Positions 36,715 through 48,800 are shown, counted from the stretch's first letter. The stretch is DNA of 64,000 bases from Laetmonice hystrix (GCA_965235115.1 OZ249445.1:9238001-9302000), one strand, 5' to 3'. Numbers and translations: made by a program. The notes: generated by a model from the letters alone, not told the origin.

Positions 36715-37631
36715 TTTGGTAACGGTTTCAATGATTATGTTATTACTATATAATTAGTTGCAAGACGCGTTGTTTATCTAGTGAGCTTCCTACTACTAAC
36801 AATAGTTTAACACGAAGAAAATTACTCGACAGACTATTTTGTTATTTTCACAAATTATATCAGGACAACTTTTATAGAATAAATTATCCTGCATTCAGGA
36901 CATCGTATTCGATCCTATGATAAAAATTGTAGTTGGATGGTCCCATTGGTTTCACGAACTCTCTCTATGCTAATATTCAAAATTACCATGCGCCAAGTTC
37001 GAGGTACACTGTATTGCCTGTCTTTACCTATGCGTCCACGCCTGGTGGGTCAAAGAATGGCCGACCGACGCCAGGCCACCTGGCAAGATGATAAGTGAAG
37101 GAAGGGCGAACCTTTGACAGAAGGCAGTGAAGGAGATCACTTGACGATGCCCGTGTATTACGTATTCCTGCCATTTGAACGTCCGCCCATTTAACCCTTG
37201 GATGTATCTATTGTATAAGGTTACACCTACCTTCTGTCACTAACATGAACGCCAATATAACATTTGTCTTGTTTGCTCCCTTGCTTGTTGCTAACTTGAT
37301 GAGCACTTTTTAAAGGCAATTATATCTTAGAGATGGGGGACCTGAGAGCAATTTTAGGTCGCAAACATTTACCGTTTGCCGCAGTGTATACATGTACATG
37401 TATATTATGAAGATATGTGTGTTTTGCCGTGGCCTATGACAATGTGCTGAGGCCGAGTTAAGGTCGATATCTTCTTTGTATCGAGCTCTCGAGCTTTGTA
37501 TCGAGCTTGATGGCCATGGCAGCCATGACCAACAGTGGGCAATAGTAGGCAACAGCTGTATGGTCAGCGGCCAGCTGACATTGCCACTGGCCGACTGGAG
37601 GGTCAAAGTCATGATATGATGTCAAATGGAA

Positions 37632-38478
37632 TTACCTAATCCAAGAGCCCCATGTTGTTGGCCTTCAGAAACAAGACCATCTCCCATTTACCTAATCCAA
37701 GAGCCCCATGTTGTTGGCATCCAGAAACAAGACCATATCCCATTTACCTAATCCCAGAGGCTCATGTTGTTGGCATCCAGAAACAAGACCATCTCCCATT
37801 TACCTAATCCCAGAGGCTCATGTTGTTGGCATCCAGAAACAAGACCATCTCCCATTTACCTAATCCAAGAGCCCCATGTTGTTGGCATCCAGAAACAAGA
37901 CCATCTCCCATTTACCTAATCCCAAAGGCTCATGTTTTTGGCATCCAGAAACAAGACCATCTCCCATTTACCTAATCCCAGAGGCTCATGTTGTTGGCAT
38001 CCAGAAACAAGACCATCTCCCATTTACCTAATCCCAGAGCCCCATGTTGTTGACCTCCATGCAGAAGCAAGACCATCTCCCATTTACCTAATCAGAGAGC
38101 CCCATGTTGTTGACCTCCATGCAGAAACAAGACCATCTCCCATTTACCTAATCCCAGAGCCCCATGTTGTTGACCTCCATGCAGAAACAAGACCATCTCC
38201 CATTTACCTAATCCCAGAGCCCCATGTTGTTGGCCTCCATGCAGAAACAAGACCATCTCCCATTTACCTAATCCAAGAGCCCCATGTTGTTGGCCTTCAG
38301 AAACAAGACCATCTCCCATTTACCTAATCCCAGAGCCCCATGTTGTGGACCTCCATGCAGAAACAAGACCATCTCCCATTTACCTAATCAGAGAGCCCCA
38401 TGTTGTTGGCCTCCATGCAGAAACAAGACCATCTCACATTTACCTAATCACAGAGCCCCATGTTGTTGGCTTCCCATT
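37632..38478. repeat. Minisatellite, 56-bp units changing to 60-bp units (TTTACCTAATCCCAGAGCCCCATGTTGTTGGC...CAGAAACAAGACCATCTCCCA), about 15 copies
   Basis: Period 56 around 37687-37743; period 60 from about 38030 where CTCCATGCAG replaces ATCCAG. Confidence 0.93.
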
Positions 38479-38699
38479 TAAAAAACAATGATTATGAAAG
38501 TAAGGGATTAGTTTCAAACCACAAGAAGATAAGATAGATATAGATAAGAGTTTTAGGGTCAGGCCAGTTAAGAGATACATGTATAGTTATAGCAGGAAAT
38601 ATATCTGAATATAATATCTGAATATAAGGAGATAACTGAAATATTATGCCAGAATGGTGAGAGGGTGGCAGTCCCTCAATCAATAGGTTCGCAAACGCG

Positions 38700-38890
38700 G
38701 GACCCGGGACAATGGAAATTTGACGTCATCGAGGGGTAGGGACAGGGGCAGCTGACACCTGGAGGGGGTGGCTATTGTCTGCCCCCTCCCTCCCTACAGA
38801 CTGGCCGCCCATATCTAGACGATCTCCGTGGTCGGGCGGCAGTCTCCACTCTGAGGGTTTCACCGACACACGTCAGCTCTCATCACTAAA
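38700..38890 (+). promoter_or_regulatory. Putative promoter and non-coding first exon of the IGFBP-like gene
   Basis: Palindromic CRE TGACGTCA at 38721-38728, GC-rich segment, strong donor AAG|GTAAGC at 38890/38891 upstream of the ATG exon. Confidence 0.4.
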
Positions 38891-39282
38891 GGTAAGCATA
38901 CGACTTTGTTTACCGTTAGACGAATACAGATCCAGAATACCATCAAGTGGGGATTTACGGCATCTCGCCTGAACGAATTCATTAACATTTAGACTACAAG
39001 TCTGTCGGTACATCTAGATCTAGTTTATATACATGTAGGCCTATTATATATATATATAGGTATGCAAACTGTTTCTGGGTGAATCTATACTTGTGTCCGT
39101 GCGCATGGAAACACATCAATACAAAACAGACTTTTATGGAATATGGAATATTTCTGCATGCATTTTTCATTAAAACTTGTCCCTGCTTCTATTGTAATAC
39201 GGGACAAATATTCTAAAGTATATGAGGATTGTGGATGATTTTGTTTTATTATATTCCCTGCCGGTATAAGAACCTGGCAGTC

Positions 39283-41872
39283 ATGCAGGCAGCAGTCATG
39301 CAGTGGGTGTTGATGGCGGTCGTGGTGGCCCTGACGGCGGCCAGCCAGACGTTGAACATGCCGGAGTGTGAGGGAAGTGTGTGTGGTTGTCCCGAGCCTA
39401 ACGTCCGACCGGGGGACATCAAGACAGGCACTGATGCCAACGGTACCTGTCTGTGTGCCTGCGGGAGGGTACGTTCTATACAGCATTATTCGTACCTGCT
39501 AAATTATATATACTTGTCACACAGTATCAGAATGGTTCAGTACAAATTATGAAAATTAGAAATGAAAAGTCGTCTTTGTGCACACAATTAGGAACCATGC
39601 ATTTGTGTCCATGTTCTGTCAAAATAATCATTAACTTTTATAGAAACCGTTTCTTATTGTTATCGCAACTAGTCACCATGACGATTTTCTAATTATTATT
39701 TTCTAATACATACGGTTGCCAGTAGGATTCGACTTTATTGTACTTTATTATTTTATCGTGTAACTGATGTCAACTGACGATATGGATATGGTGTTCTCAG
39801 AAGGCGGGCGCCCTATGTGATACCTCCGACCACTGTGGGAAGGGCACGTTCTGTGGCGCTCCCCATGATATCGTCAACCTGGCCGACAAGAGCAAGGGAG
39901 TCTGCATCGGTACGTTCTCCTTCCAACCCCGCATTTTTTCCACTTTTTATTAGACAGAGGGTTACATCAGTCAATTAAGGCTGGCAAGGGCCGGCTATGG
40001 TAATCGACGGGCGGGTTTGGCCATGCATGCCAATAGACAGCGCCAATGAGATATAAAGATATTAGATCTGTATACGGCATGTCAGGGGTAGTAAGGTTCC
40101 GTGCACAAGATGCGGTGTTCTGGTATCCCCGACACCAGGAGCTTGTGTAGGATTATTTTTCTGTTCAAAAACTGGCCTTCGTAGCCCCTTCCCCGCGCCC
40201 TCATCAGGATCTGATGGTGAAGATGTCAGGATAGTAGGCCTATAACTATAAGGCCTCTTACTGCTAAACGGTCGATGAAATTTCTAAGCATCAGTGTAGA
40301 CCTATATCTGATCATAACGACTTGTTATTTTTATAACAATCAGCTATAACCAGGTAGGCCTAGTTCCAAAAGATTTCTTCTGTGGTTTCTTTTTAACAGA
40401 CAAATGTAAACAGACGAAATGCCCAGCTTTCAACAAGTGTGTGTTGGGCAGTGACGGGGAGCCAAGGTGTCAGTGTCAGACGTACAAGTGTGACACGCGG
40501 GAAGATGCCGTCAGACCATACCGCGCCCAGCTAGACGGCCGTATTCTCGTCTTCAACAGCATGTGAGTATCGGCCTACAACCCCACCCCTCCCCCGTCTC
40601 AAACACCCAGCCCGGCGGAGCCAGGGGTATGGAGTTGTAACCGTTTTTTGCTTGAGATTGCATCCCGCCCCCCACGCCGACCTGAATCCTGCACTGAACA
40701 CCTGACTGACTTCTATAATTTAGGCCTAAGCCTAGGCCCCACTTTCACAAGACATGGAGTAGGCCTACGTCTGTGATATCATGTTGATATAGGCCCCTAG
40801 GCTGAGGTCTATATAAATTAATAGGCCCATAGCTTCACACCTTCTCGATACAAATACATTTATTAGCACGTGTATTTACATGAGTGGTTGACTGAGATTG
40901 CTGTATACTCTGAACGGTTCCAGGTGTGAAATGGTTCAGAATAACTGTGAACGTAAGAAGGCCAACCCAATGGCGACCCTGTGGAAGTTTGTGCACGACC
41001 ATGGTGAGACCGACTCGCATATGGCCGACCATGGAGGCCTTTCTCACCTCGACTAGACGACGGGTGACGAGTGGATCGATTCATTATCTATAGGATCTGT
41101 TAGAATAATTAGGGGGCCTAGGCTTCCGGTAGAACTCTAGTCTGAATAAAAGAGGTAAAACAGTAGGTCGACTCTTACTTTTGTAGGCCTACGTTTACAG
41201 GCGATAGATGCATATTGTGGGCCTTAGGCCTATAGACTCTATATGGCGGGGATGTAAATAGGCATAGACTTTCTATAGGTTTTTAGGCTATGTTTTAATA
41301 TTATAAAAGATATAAATCAAGATTGACACAGGCATGGTCTATAGGCTAGGCCTAGATCTGCTCTAGGCCTATGCCTAGACTTTTTTCTCCCTAGGTAGTA
41401 GGCCTAAGCGCCTTTAAGCTTTCTATAGTCACAGCCTTATACCATTGCCGCAGAGAGCCAGAATGGGACCCAGGGCAAAAGTGAGCTCTGATCAGAAAAA
41501 ACGGCCGACAAAATCGGTATCTTTATGTATGCTGCCCCTTCTCGTATCAATTAAGTTGTTTTCACTATCCGTAAGATGGGGCCATATTGGCAGATTAGTG
41601 TCTCGTGTATCCGATAGAGGGCTTGTCCTAAGTAGCCCGACATTGCAGCCCAGTTGCACAACCCTCTGAATTTAGCTGAAGTCGAGCACTTCACAACACA
41701 GAGTGGTAGTGTTCGTGTGCTGTGAATAACGCTTTCAAAAGAGGATCCGTTCTGGTAGTAATTGTGCGTGACCAAGAAAACAGGAACACAGTCAGTCCGA
41801 GTCTTTCTGCCCGGCAAGGAGCCGGAGGAAGAAGGCCAGTGTGTCATCAACACCACTGAGACCGTACGGTAG
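39283..41872 (+). CDS. Secreted cysteine-rich protein: signal peptide, degenerate IGFBP-N-like domain, follistatin/Kazal-like domain (about 208 aa; last exon uncertain)
   Basis: Exons 39283-39468, 39801-39909, 40400-40562, 40924-41003, phase-consistent; last exon 41784-41872 (GTQSVRVFLPGKEPEEEGQCVINTTETVR*) or alternatively 41649-41725. Hydrophobic leader MQAAVMQWVLMAVVVALTAA; C..G..C.....C.KG.FC...G.C; KCKQTKCPAFNKC...PRCQC...C...DG....NSMCEM...C. Confidence 0.75.
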
Positions 41873-42327
41873 GGACACCTGTCGGAGGATTGTGTAACTA
41901 AACACCTATGCTGGTAACATAGGCTTAAAATTGTGTCTCAAAAATTCTTGTTCCAGACTCAGTTGTAATAACGCCCTACATGGTTTTAATTGAACAGGTT
42001 TTCAATTGGACATACTTTTCATTTTTGTCTCATGTATGGGCTATTTGAGATATAAATTTGAGATATAATTTACTCCGAGTCCATAGGGCCTATGGGTAGG
42101 CCTACAAAGTTATGTTAATTACTTAATAATAAAAAAGAATAAAATAAAAAATAGGGTAAATAGGGTTTTTGAAATATGTAACCCGAAGGTTCCACAAGTG
42201 TTTTTTTTATGCGCACCCTATATAGAGTCTAATACACACTCATGAAGTCTTTCCATCATGAGTCACGTCTGATCTCTTTCATTGTAGAGGACCAGTAGCT
42301 ATAGGTTTGTGACAGTAGAAAAGGAGG

Positions 42328-44851
42328 ATGGTGTCCAAACGGTACTTTGTTGCCAAGGCGGCAAATATGGATGCCTTGCGTGGCTGCCATGGAAACAGTA
42401 TTTGGGCATGCAAAGGACGGAAAGCACTGGACCAACCCAAAGAATTTCTGACTGAAGCATTTGAGCAAGGACCAGTGATGCTGATATTCAGTGTGAACAA
42501 CTGTCATGGTTGGCATGGATACGCACATTTGTTATCAAAACCAGGATCTGAAAATTCTGACGTTCTCACAGGGGACGCTACGGAAAGGACGGGAGGTGAT
42601 TACTCCTCTCAAAATGTGACTGACATAGACTCAGTTCCTCACATTGTAGAACAAAACACCACAATGTCTGATATCAAATCTCACGGAGAATTATCCATTG
42701 ATGTCTCAGCAACGCATGTTGTATGTTCGGAGGAAAGAGAATGGCACCGGTTCAAGATCTGCTGGTGTTGTATTTATCTGAAGGAGCACGGCGAGCAGTG
42801 TTTACCCTTCTCCCGTACACACCACCTCCATACAATGGACGGTACTCCACTAAACAAGGCGCGCAACTTTCAGGAGATGTCTGAAACCTCTGGGAAAGAA
42901 ATATGCGATCTTATAGAAGGCCATTATCGAAAGTTGTCAGAGGCCGTCCAGAAAAAGAGAGACGCCAAAGTACCCGCCCCTTTCTTTAAGCCAACAGGTT
43001 CCCACGACCCCCATGTGTTGTGGCGCCGTCTGGTACAGAAAGTTGAAGCGATGGGGGAAGTGCTGCTGGCATGTGCGTTTGGTAGTCAGCGGTGAGTAGA
43101 GAAATAACAACAGCAACAACAAAACTAACAACAATAACAGAAACTACTTGATGCAGTATAATCCTTCAGATTAAAGACATGAGTGTTATATTGAGTTTCA
43201 AACAGAGTGGTTTATTAGATTTCGTACAACGATAGACTACATTCAAAAAGTTTCAAAAAGTGTTTGTAAGTTGTACATCCCATGCCTATAACAGATTCAA
43301 TGTTTTTCGATAGGTACAATCTCCAAACTCCAGAGAGCGACATAGATATGTTCATTGTATATGCCTCCCCCACCAAACGGGTTCTTGGTTTTGACCCACC
43401 TCAGCAAACCATCAAGGTAATTTAATTGTCATTTTATAGGTATTTTATCATTATCAACATATTTAGGCAAAAACAATGGTGCAGGCACGTTTGTCACTTA
43501 ATTTTTAAAATATGTGCATGTTTGAATGTTTCCTCCAGAACCGAGATACAGACAACACGTGTGACTACACAATCCACGAGGTCCACCGGTACTGTGAGCT
43601 CCTGTTGTCGGGCGATCCGCGCTGTGTTGAAACGTTGTTCCTTCACCCGTCCACCATATACTCTGCTGCCCCCTGTTGGCAGAATCTCGCACTACACCAA
43701 CGCTGCTTTCTCACCAGGTACAATTACAAGTACAAGTGATAGATCATTTATGCATTTATCATCCTAGCAAAAATTAGGATCATAAGCCTATATAGGCCTA
43801 ATTTGTTATTCATGATTTGATTAATAAGTTTATCATAGAGAACCCAGCTAGGCTATGCCAGTAATTTAATAACATATAGGCAGTATACTGATGCTTGACA
43901 TGGCATTTTCCTATTGTTTTGTGGAAAAGATATAGTAATACTGTCTTTCGATGAACAGCCAATGTCGGGATAAATATCTAAGGGATGCTGAGGGGGCGAA
44001 GGGCCTGCGCCAGATGCAGAAGTGGGCGACCTCAGGCGAGGCTTTGGTGAACCCAATGCCTCAGAAGGTCAGCAAACTCTTCTACGTTATCATCCGCCTT
44101 TTGCAGAATGCACGGTAGGTGGCGCTGCTGTATCTTTGTCCGTCCTCATTCCCTCAAGCTCACTCATTCGCTGGGAGAGAGTTTAAAAACAACATGAAGA
44201 ATGATTATATCGTTCGAGTAAATTATCTTCCCTGTTGGTTTTCTCGGATAGAATCTATTTGTTCAGGCCTGATCTACAGACTTCATTCGTAGACTAGTAA
44301 TGACACTTTTCTTGTTGGCTATGTTTGAAATCTCCACTCCAGTGACGTCGCCTTGAATAGACCTGTAGCAGTGTTTCGACAGGAGGGGAGCCCTGAGAGA
44401 GATCTTCTCATGGCAATCCGTACTGGTAGCTTCCAATATGGTGATGCCATGCAAGAGGTTGAAAGGTAGGCCTCTTAGTCTGTTCAGCCAGTTAATTCTT
44501 AGAAGTAAATTAGGGACAATTGCTTACAGAACGACAAGAGTAATTTCTACAGAAATGGCGTGACCGTCATCGGATGCCATGTGATAGGCTCGAAGAAAAA
44601 AGAAAAAAATTGTATTAAAAAAAACCCGGCTCCGTACACACCTATTAGTTACTATGTTATCGTTGACTGCTGGTGCTGCTTTTGACAGATTACAGGCTGA
44701 CATCAAAGCGGCGGCGGCGGCGCTTGGTTCGTCCGAGAGTCACCAGGGGGCAGCACAAGAAGTTGTTGAGGACTGGCTGCTAGAACTGCGTTACAGAGAC
44801 CTCAAAGCGTACATGCAAAAGTACCAATCTGAGGGGGACCATCTGAAGTAA
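42328..44851 (+). CDS. YTH-domain / Pol-beta-superfamily nucleotidyltransferase (RlaP/PF10127-like) fusion protein, 495 aa
   Basis: Exons 42328-43091, 43314-43416, 43539-43717, 43959-44114, 44343-44465, 44689-44851 (TAA), 1488 nt in one frame. YTH motifs RYFVAK...IW...AF...VMLIFSVN..GWHGYA...F...W...LPFSRTHHL...KARNFQE; NTase motifs FGSQRYNLQTPESDIDM, DYTIHEVHRYCELLLSGDPRCVETLF, LLMAIRTG, VEDWLLELR. Confidence 0.88.
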
Positions 44852-45199
44852 CAGAGACAGATTTTAATGCATTCCAAAGGAAGTACCTCTTGGTCTATTA
44901 AAAGCAAGTCATCGTCTGAGTGGTGGTATTTAATAAAAGTGGATAACTTAAACAGGGAAGTCCTTGCATGATGTCGGTCCTTTTATATTTACCTCTTACA
45001 TATCTATAGTTCTATATCTTTTCCGTTTGTTTTGATGCAATATTAGGATTCCCAAAATAAAGGTTCTAACATTAGGCAAACAAGTTTTTTTTTCAAAATA
45101 AATAAAATAAAACGATGTTGGATAGTGAAAATTAGACCCAAGGACATTTCATTTCCTGGATCCATATATATATATTCTGAGCCATTAAAGAGCATTGCT

Positions 45200-45430
45200 G
45201 TTTTTATTGGCGAAACGTGGCCAGCCCAGAGATGAGAGTGGGTTGCCGCCCGTGTGGTGATTGGTGCTGTGTTTTGTACCCACCCACCTGAGGTGGGCGG
45301 GGCACTTTTGGCCAATAAATTCCCAGGAACCAGACGCGCCTCACGCTGTCTTGTAAACATCGCGAACCCTCCTGCCGCGGTGTATAAAACCGTGTATAGA
45401 CAGCGCGGAAATATCCATATCGAGTTTTGA
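45200..45430 (+). promoter_or_regulatory. Putative promoter of the PLEKHA-like gene
   Basis: CpG-rich patch with ATTGG at 45260, GC box GGGCGGGG 45295-45302, CCAAT 45312-45316, E2F-like GCGCGGAAA near 45403, about 450 bp upstream of ATG 45856. Confidence 0.4.
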
Positions 45431-45855
45431 AAAGACGTTCTGATAAATATATATGGACTTGTACTGGTGAAAGTACTTATTATTCTAAATCCACAAAGAG
45501 TTGCGGCCATGTGGGTACCAGAATGGGAATTCCAGGCATACCATGTGACAATGTGCAGCCAATGGAACGGCAATCACAGAGGCGTCTACCTGGCTGTTCC
45601 ATCAAGAGCTTTTACCCACCACTGGCTTTAATTGCAGCTAAATCTCTCATGCTGCTATAAAAATAGACATAAGAACTACAACTCAAACTGAATTAATGTC
45701 GCAATCATATGTAGTATAAGAGAAAGTACTTATAAGTCGTATTTGATTTGTAGAGTATGTGTTTTGGATGTGATTAGGATATGGAGGGAGGTAAATGTAA
45801 TTGCAGTGTTAAGGTGCGCACGAAGTTTATTTGGGGTCTGGCAATCAAACCGAAC

Positions 45856-48800
45856 ATGGCTGCGGTGTTACTCCGAGAGCCGCTCCCCCCTCCTTGGAAT
45901 TACGGCGTAACGGGAGATGGAAGAGTGTTCTTCATCAAGTAAGGGATAGGTCATAGTGTTTCTTGACGCCTTAAATGGATGTATAGATTGTGTTGAGGTA
46001 TACAGGGCGCGTTCACTTGACGTATGTGTTACACTTTCAGCGAGGAGTCTCGGAGTACGACATGGCTTCACCCACTCACCAACCACCCGGTCCAGTCGGG
46101 GCACACGGCCGTCTCAGGTGGGTCATCTCCCCCGTGTCTCCCTGCCCTCGCACCCCTACACCACGACACCCCTTAACATGGGCTTGTCGCAGGGAACATT
46201 AACATTAGCTGTTCACAGGGAGATATCATGTAGAACTCTTAGCTCGCATTGCTTTTGCTCCAGACCGTTGCTGTGTTCAGACGTCTGGGGATCGTAGACG
46301 ACAGCAGACACTGCCACTGATTTCAAAAGTTGGCAAAGTTTGGACTGAGCGAACTGGGTCAAAGTTGACGGGAGGGTAGTTTTAGGTCACGGTGGTTCTT
46401 GAAGACGGGGATTCCATTTGGATCATTCCTTAGTAGGGCAAGATGTTGGCTGCGCTACAAAGCATGAAACTATCAATATTGACAATAAACAGAAAAGGTT
46501 TATGACATCTACATGAGTTAACAGGTTTTCCTCATTTATTCAAAATTATGTATGTCATGTGGATCACCATGTCTTCCTGGCTGCAGTAAGTCAGCTGCCG
46601 TCCAGTCCAGTCTGAGTGCATTGTCCTTTAATCGGTAACATTATCATATAACTTATTTCATGACAATAAAGCTGTATTGGAATTCAAATTGATATTATTA
46701 TGTTTTTGTGAAGGTGTTTCCAGTATTTGTCCTGGGTAATACTTGAATATGCAGGAAAGAGGGTGCAATATATGGATGTCATTGTTATTCAGTATTATAT
46801 TGAACTGTGAATTGTAATACAGATGGGTATGTATGTAGCCTTCAGCAGCACTAGGAAATATTTTGGATGTGTTTCTTACTTCATATGTCAAGTGTCTGGT
46901 ATTTAATCTGGTGAGTGTGAGTTCACCCCCCTGCCATTTCAAAGAATTCTGCCAACTAGAACCTGCCAAACCTTACAAGTTAACAACCCTGCCAGAGGTT
47001 ATCCCTGTAGGCCTACGGTCTAGAGATACTGTATAGAAGGTGGTATAACACTAGTATTTTTGCTTCAAGGGTGTCTACAGAGTTTTGAATATTATGGTTT
47101 CAGATTTACCTCGGGGTTGGGAGAGAGCAGTCACACCAGAAGGAGCTCCGTACTACATTGAGTAAGTTCAAGCTTTATTTTGCTGAAAGTCTCTTAAAAT
47201 AAAATAGCCATTGTCATTTTGCCCAAGGAGTCAACATCTGCTGAACATGTGCTTTATCCACTGGAAATGCTCCGTATCTAAGATCATGGTGAACAATATT
47301 CCACGTTTTCCAGGCGCTGGAGGAAAGAGTATGCGTGGAACCTTGTACATTAATTATACCACAGGAGCAATAATTTTTCTTGCACACTTCAGATGTAAGA
47401 CGTATATTTCTTGGGAAATCTGTTGGTCTTTGTAACGTCCAGGTTCTACAACCACCGTAGCCACTGGTCTCATATAGAACTGGTAACCTGGCTGCCGTAT
47501 CTAAATGGAGGCCAGTTTCACTTACCAGTAGGCTTAACCACCTGCTTGATTGATAGGTTTTGACATGAAACGATCAGTATACACTGTGTCATTTTGTTAG
47601 TATTCTTACCCTCATGGGGGAGGAAACGCCATCTTGCAGATCACAGGCCTGTACATGAGTATGAGTTTTAGCATGCCTTTATATTATATCAGGTTTAACA
47701 GGTTATCTGTGTTGATTTCTTAGTAATGGTCATTGTTAACATGACGTTCCGGTAATTAATATAAGGACTGTATTATAAGGATGGCAGTGGCTAGAAGCAG
47801 CATTGTTCGAATGGTATACATTAAATGAATGTAAACACATGAAAAGAAATGAGTATACATGTACATGTAATTATGACCATTTGTCGTTCTGCAGATATTG
47901 CCATCACATGGCATTAAAACACTCCTAGAGGACCACACACCAGTGCTTTGTCTTTCCCATATAATATTCTGTTTTATGTCTGGCATAGGGAGAGCTTTTG
48001 TTCAGCAGATAAAGGAGCCGAGAGACTTTTTAACCTCCCACCCACCGTTCTAGGAGTGACTTAACCGCTTACCCCCTTAACCCCTTGCCTGCCAACCAGT
48101 TGTTGTCTGAGATCAGTTGAAGTTGACAGGCCAGGGGTAGTGGGTTAATAGGGCACCCTACTGTTCTCACACCTGAGACTGAATGAAACCTGATGAAGGT
48201 TGCTGGGTTCGCCTGGCAGGCGGCCAGAATGACGGCTAGTTTTAGCTTGTGTGTGGCTAGAACTGATAGCATACCAGGTATTACCTCGTCTGACCTGACC
48301 ATTGATTGTATTCTAATCCGACCGTCAAAAGGCTGGCCTAAACGGCAAAGTGTGTAGTAATAATGTGTTAATTACGGTATTGTAAGGGCATCCACAATTG
48401 GCACCATTAATATGTGTCACCTTGTTATAGAGTTTCAAAGGATAGACGCCTGAAGTACACGCTGCTTGATCAGTGCCAAAACTGTCAGGAATCAGTTGTG
48501 GGATTTGAATATTGACTTGAGGAGTATTTGAGGAGATTGAATTCCAGATTCTGGACTGTTTGGTAATTGAAACCAGACAGATGCTGATTAGCCCAGGGGT
48601 CCAAGGCTGTTGGGATAATACTTCCTTTGAATTTGTCAAATCTTGATAATGTACGGCCTGTCAGGGTTTCCGCCAGAAAATAATTGATGTGGGGGAGGGG
48701 GGGGGGATAATCCATGCCGGCCATGGGAAAGCCGGAGACGCGTTTTCTTAGCATCTCAGAGCAAAAATTTCTCCCAAATCTATCAACGAAATTCCATCAT

